Assembly (NCBI GenBank): GCA_951804945.1
Contig: OX638158.1
Span: 48,174,001 to 48,238,000, forward strand
Direction: 5' to 3'
Source: Podarcis cretensis
Taxonomy: Eukaryota
DNA: 64,000 nt
Part shown: positions 62,501 to 64,000 of the stretch, one piece after another
Numbering within the stretch: the stretch's first letter is position 1
How the letters are laid out: each line of letters opens with the position of its first letter
Position numbers and translations under genes: made by a program
The notes under the pieces: generated by a model
Database searches by the model: none
What the model saw: only the letters and a program-made list of their open reading frames with translations
What the model was told of the DNA's origin: nothing

Positions 62501-63682
62501 GTGAAGTGCAACCGAAAGCAAAGGACAATTGCCTAAAAAAAATTTAAACAGTACTCATTACACAACCCAAATAATAATCAAAGCTAAGGTGTAGAAATTA
62601 TAAGTTTCTAAAACATTAAGTTGAATTTTAAAATGTTTAAGTTTCCGCCATCCTAAAATGCATCTATCTTGGAAACTGGCTCCTCTTTTATGTTTCATCA
62701 AAAGCCTCTTCACATGTGAAAAGAAAAATAATAATGTACAAGTCACACGACTGCTTCAACACTTTCATGTCAAGAATGCCTCAAGGATGCCCCTCTGTCA
62801 CCCGTGTGCCAAGTACAAATAGCAATAATATAAAGAGACATTCTCAGACAGCCTCACAACTGTGCAGCTCTCTTTTACTGAAAACTTGATCCAAACTATG
62901 CATAATCCGATCACCATAGCTGACATAACTTTTAATGGATGAAATTAAGTAGTTGCAGCATAATTTTGATAAGCTTGTAGTTTAACTCAACATTTTATTT
63001 TGCCAGCTTTAAAACATTTTACATTGCCCAGAAACCTACTTTATAATCTAAGTGTAAAATGATATTGAAAACTTTTTTGGCAAAAGCTCAGATGAAGAAC
63101 AGATATATTTTGGTCCTTTTCTGCCATGATGCCCACCTGAAAGATTACTCTCCTATTTGCCAGAAAAGGCAATTTGCCAATTGCAAAAGGGCCATCTTGG
63201 ATTTCCCCCCGATTTTACTAATTCATCCACACTAATGAAACATCTAAATGATCCTTTTCCTAACATTGCTATTTGTGAATGCTATTATTAAGGAAACATA
63301 GGAGACCATGGGACACTCTCAGTCTTTTCCTGAGAAGAATTTCAAAGCTAAGGTATTACTTGAACAGGCCTGTAGGGATTGCGTAAATAAGCCACACTGG
63401 TGTGCCATTTTTCTTTATATTTCCTTTGGTGTACAATGAAAGACAGCCTGTGAAACTTACTTGAGATTCACCGTGGAATTTTCAAGATCAGCTCATATTT
63501 ATTGGTTAACATATAATGAAATACCACAATTTGATTTATACAGTGCCTACCTTAGAAAGTGCTTCATCATGGACAACTGTGTTGGTTGTTAATAATACAA
63601 GGACCGTCTGAAGAAGCTTGAGTTCTTCAAGGCTATTTTCCATCAGTTGCCAAAGCATATTGATAACATTTCCAGCAGCAAC
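22833..63682 (-). CDS. MON2: MON2 (regulator of endosome-to-Golgi trafficking, DOP1 partner; Sec7/BIG-related DCB-HUS-HDS scaffold), spliced gene, 5' exons outside window
   Basis: 32 GT-AG exons with compatible phases translate colinearly to the recalled human MON2 from ~aa102 to the C-terminal QNGES*. Confidence 0.98.
23810..23892 (-). CDS. MON2: MON2 exon (83 nt)
   Basis: [27 protein letters not shown]; ag...gtaagt. Confidence 0.95.
24563..24700. mobile_element. Degenerate hAT-type palindromic MITE
   Basis: CCCTCCAGATGTT...CCATCAGCCCC...GGGATGGTGG; resembles the 59921-60056 element. Confidence 0.45.
25239..25282. repeat. (CA)22 microsatellite
   Basis: Perfect dinucleotide run. Confidence 0.95.
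25292..25499 (-). CDS. MON2: MON2 exon (208 nt)
   Basis: [23 protein letters not shown]...SGKCPLPR; gtatgt donor. Confidence 0.95.
25657..27371 (+). mobile_element. Young 5'-truncated LINE-1: ORF2 C-terminal half, 3'UTR and poly(A)
   Basis: Open frame from KYLGV through [17 protein letters not shown] and GGFALPD to the CWKC...HLWWTC zinc motif (ORF 25690-27117). AATAAA at 27343 followed by poly(A). TSD AAAAGTACAAA (25648-25658 and 27368-27378) at a TT|AAAA endonuclease site. Confidence 0.93.
27592..27715 (-). CDS. MON2: MON2 exon (124 nt)
   Basis: [41 protein letters not shown]. Confidence 0.95.
28098..28158 (-). CDS. MON2: MON2 exon (61 nt)
   Basis: [20 protein letters not shown]; gtgagt donor. 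Confidence 0.93.
29088..29127. repeat. (TAA)n microsatellite
   Basis: About 13 perfect trinucleotide units. Confidence 0.95.
29638..30071. mobile_element. hAT MITE interrupted by a nested SINE
   Basis: 15-bp TIR CAGAGCTTTCCAAAC at both ends; near-identical 8-bp flanks CTTTAGCG and CTTTACTG. Confidence 0.8.
29762..30007 (-). mobile_element. tRNA-derived CORE-type SINE nested in the hAT MITE
   Basis: Minus strand begins GCCAGAGTGGTGTAGTGGTTAAGAGC with B-box-like GGTTTGATTCC; CORE-like TGACCTTGGGCTAGTCAC...CTCAGCCCC; (CTT)n tail; flanking AGGAAG repeats. Confidence 0.75.
30340..30530 (-). CDS. MON2: MON2 exon (191 nt)
   Basis: [24 protein letters not shown]...ENFLFTK. Confidence 0.95.
31671..31799 (-). 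CDS. MON2: MON2 exon (129 nt)
   Basis: [43 protein letters not shown]. Confidence 0.95.
32093..32110 (-). CDS. MON2: MON2 18-nt microexon (IQLFAP)
   Basis: aatag|ATACAACTGTTTGCACCG|gtgagt; phase 0/0; peptide present in the recalled human MON2 between KYNQ and AEWV. Confidence 0.92.
32601..32744 (-). CDS. MON2: MON2 exon (144 nt)
   Basis: [48 protein letters not shown]. Confidence 0.95.
32841..33194 (+). mobile_element. CR1-type LINE 3' end fragment
   Basis: Degenerate CR1 3' features (TTCAGGGCAGATAAAAGAAA...AGATTCATGGAG...GGTCTGATCCAGCA) ending in a (TTCTTAT) tail. Confidence 0.6.
33203..33444. mobile_element. TcMar-Tigger-like MITE
   Basis: TIR CAGTGGTACCTTGGGTTA / TAACCCAAGGTACCACTG; TA TSD on both sides. 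Confidence 0.88.
33844..34511. mobile_element. Non-autonomous hAT element
   Basis: TIR CAGGGTGGAT; perfect 8-bp TSD TGCTCTGC; subterminal GATTTAAATC repeats. Confidence 0.88.
35115..35470 (-). mobile_element. Sauria SINE, full length with TSD
   Basis: Same consensus as the 19415 copy; 15-bp TSD CCATGATATTTATTA (35100 and 35472). Confidence 0.92.
36160..36788 (-). CDS. MON2: MON2 exon (629 nt)
   Basis: [37 protein letters not shown]...[11 protein letters not shown]. Confidence 0.96.
37321..37519 (-). CDS. MON2: MON2 exon (199 nt)
   Basis: [45 protein letters not shown]...LLQSL. Confidence 0.95.
38041..39266. mobile_element. TcMar-Tc2-like non-autonomous DNA transposon
   Basis: TA-CCGTATTTTTCGCTCTATAACAC...GTGTTATAGAGGGAACAATACGG-TA imperfect TIRs. 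Confidence 0.85.
38175..38719. repeat. 154-bp tandem repeat, ~3.5 copies, inside the Tc2 element
   Basis: Unit ATGTGATCTGATGGTGAATTTGGGGTGACCC... starts at 38175, 38329, 38483 and 38637. Confidence 0.95.
39514..39807 (-). CDS. MON2: MON2 exon (294 nt)
   Basis: [12 protein letters not shown]...[22 protein letters not shown]...VIWK. Confidence 0.96.
40925..41087 (-). CDS. MON2: MON2 exon (163 nt)
   Basis: [23 protein letters not shown]...ISLTSIGLL. Confidence 0.95.
41294..41670 (+). mobile_element. Sauria SINE
   Basis: GGGACGTGGGTGGCACTGTGG...GTTCGAATCC...CCTTTACCTTT tail; degenerate CCACCAA TSD. Confidence 0.9.
42154..42329 (-). CDS. MON2: MON2 exon (176 nt)
   Basis: [59 protein letters not shown]. 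Confidence 0.95.
43266..43376 (-). CDS. MON2: MON2 exon (111 nt)
   Basis: [37 protein letters not shown]. Confidence 0.95.
43917..43919 (-). CDS. MON2: MON2 3-nt microexon (AAG, Lys)
   Basis: cttccctactgcttcctccctctttttatgcag|AAG|gtaagt in a phase-0 intron between ...HLLE and VCQH... Confidence 0.8.
44650..44889. mobile_element. TcMar-Tigger-like MITE
   Basis: Left end (TA)GAGTTAAACCTCGGTT, right end AACCGAGGTTTGACTG(TA). Confidence 0.75.
46281..46755. mobile_element. TcMar-Tc2-like MITE with GC-rich internal inverted repeat
   Basis: TA-CCGTATTTTTTGCCCTATAGGACGCAC...GTGCGCCTTATAGGGCGAAAAATACGG-TA. Confidence 0.88.
47115..47216 (-). CDS. MON2: MON2 exon (102 nt)
   Basis: [34 protein letters not shown]. 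Confidence 0.95.
47610..47700 (-). CDS. MON2: MON2 exon (91 nt)
   Basis: [30 protein letters not shown]. Confidence 0.95.
47782..47855 (-). CDS. MON2: MON2 exon (74 nt)
   Basis: [25 protein letters not shown]; flanked by 89-nt and 81-nt introns. Confidence 0.95.
47945..48025 (-). CDS. MON2: MON2 exon (81 nt)
   Basis: [27 protein letters not shown]. Confidence 0.95.
48421..48626. mobile_element. Palindromic MITE-like squamate repeat
   Basis: Inverted ends CAGATCCACA / TGTGGATCTG; related partial copies near 13310-13470 and 40690-40800. Confidence 0.6.
48991..49095 (-). CDS. MON2: MON2 exon (105 nt)
   Basis: [35 protein letters not shown]. Confidence 0.95.
50510..50557 (-). other. MON2: Candidate MON2 poison (PTC) cassette exon, 48 nt
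   Basis: Branch-like CTGAC at 50589-50593, ttccctcctcttttacag acceptor, GAG|gtaagt donor; in-frame TAG and TAA. Confidence 0.5.
52377..52489 (-). CDS. MON2: MON2 exon (113 nt)
   Basis: [38 protein letters not shown]. Confidence 0.95.
53517..53698 (-). CDS. MON2: MON2 exon (182 nt)
   Basis: [47 protein letters not shown]...SGK. Confidence 0.95.
54557..54638 (-). CDS. MON2: MON2 exon (82 nt)
   Basis: [28 protein letters not shown]. Confidence 0.94.
55274..55509 (-). CDS. MON2: MON2 exon (236 nt)
   Basis: [22 protein letters not shown]...DQTDKET. Confidence 0.95.
56255..56334. mobile_element. Solo right end of a Tc2-like element
   Basis: Similar to 39185-39266 (CTCCATAAGACGCAC...GTCTTATAGAGCAAAAAATATGG-TA); no matching left TIR seen. 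Confidence 0.6.
56814..56967 (-). CDS. MON2: MON2 exon (154 nt)
   Basis: [52 protein letters not shown]. Confidence 0.93.
57037..57283. mobile_element. TcMar-Tc2-like MITE
   Basis: TIR CCGTATATACTCAAGTATAAGCC / GGCTTATACTCAAGTATATATGG-TA; internal CTCGAGTATAAGCCG repeats. Confidence 0.85.
57951..58090 (-). CDS. MON2: MON2 exon (140 nt)
   Basis: [46 protein letters not shown]. Confidence 0.95.
58419..58543 (-). CDS. MON2: MON2 exon (125 nt)
   Basis: [42 protein letters not shown]. Confidence 0.95.
59227..59421 (-). CDS. MON2: MON2 exon (195 nt)
   Basis: [29 protein letters not shown]...KQFYSLL. Confidence 0.95.
59457..59506. repeat. (AT)n microsatellite
   Basis: About 25 perfect units. 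Confidence 0.95.
59921..60056. mobile_element. Intact palindromic hAT (Charlie-like) MITE
   Basis: TIR CAGGCATAGGCAAACTC; perfect 8-bp TSD CAGTAGGG; whole element is near-palindromic. Confidence 0.92.
60370..60495 (-). CDS. MON2: MON2 exon (126 nt)
   Basis: [42 protein letters not shown]. Confidence 0.95.
61399..61496 (-). CDS. MON2: MON2 exon (98 nt)
   Basis: [33 protein letters not shown]. Confidence 0.95.
62081..62259. mobile_element. GC-rich hAT MITE
   Basis: Imperfect TIR CAGTGGTGGAG / CTCCGCCAGTG; perfect 8-bp TSD GATGAAGC. Confidence 0.85.
62403..62532 (-). CDS. MON2: MON2 exon (130 nt)
   Basis: [43 protein letters not shown]. Confidence 0.95.
63551..63682 (-). CDS. MON2: MON2 exon (132 nt), most 5' exon in the window (DCB region)
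   Basis: [44 protein letters not shown]. Confidence 0.95.
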
Positions 63683-64000
63683 CTTGGGAACAAAAATTGA
63701 GATGGGCTATTCGATGCCAAGATACTATGTGGGGGGAAATGACTATAGAAGTGTCAATCATTAATTCCATCGTACTTAATAAATATTGAATATGCTTTTT
63801 CACCCTGTAAAGATTTGCAGGGGATCGCCTCAAGCAATATGTTCTCTTCTTTGACTGACCTTTTAAGATGGCCCCAATCCACCTCTACTGGAAGCAGGGC
63901 TGCAACTCACTCTGCCTACCCAAGAAAGAGGTGGGGAAGGGAAAAGCTGCTACCACCTGGGAATAACAAAGCACTTTTGAAACTACTGAGCTTAAATAGC

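Noticed and set aside
22997-63550. U12-type (minor spliceosome) introns in MON2
   Set aside because: All donors inspected are GT without the RTATCCTT consensus.

Overview
Vertebrate genomic DNA, most likely a squamate lizard (Sauria-type SINEs suggest Lacertidae; inference). It covers the conserved PPM1H - let-7i - MON2 syntenic block. Plus strand: the last coding exon and long 3'UTR of PPM1H (1346 to ~7100). Minus strand: a CpG-island promoter (~17550-18950) upstream of the pre-let-7i hairpin (17361-17444), and 32 coding exons of MON2 running from 63682 to the stop at 22833; the first ~100 codons lie beyond the window. All MON2 exons have GT-AG boundaries and matching phases. MON2 includes an 18-nt microexon (IQLFAP), and its introns hold a 3-nt AAG microexon and a candidate 48-nt stop-containing poison exon. 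Several let-7 seed sites lie in the putative MON2 3'UTR, immediately upstream of the let-7i promoter. The remainder is intron and intergenic DNA with a young 5'-truncated LINE-1, an antisense retroposon in the PPM1H 3'UTR, Sauria and CORE SINEs, and many Tc2, Tigger and hAT MITEs, one with an internal 154-bp minisatellite and one with a ~100-nt internal hairpin. Gene identities rest on my recollection of the human proteins and miRNA; no database search was run. Most short ORFs in the track are spurious. I found no wholly new biological system; the most promising leads are regulatory.
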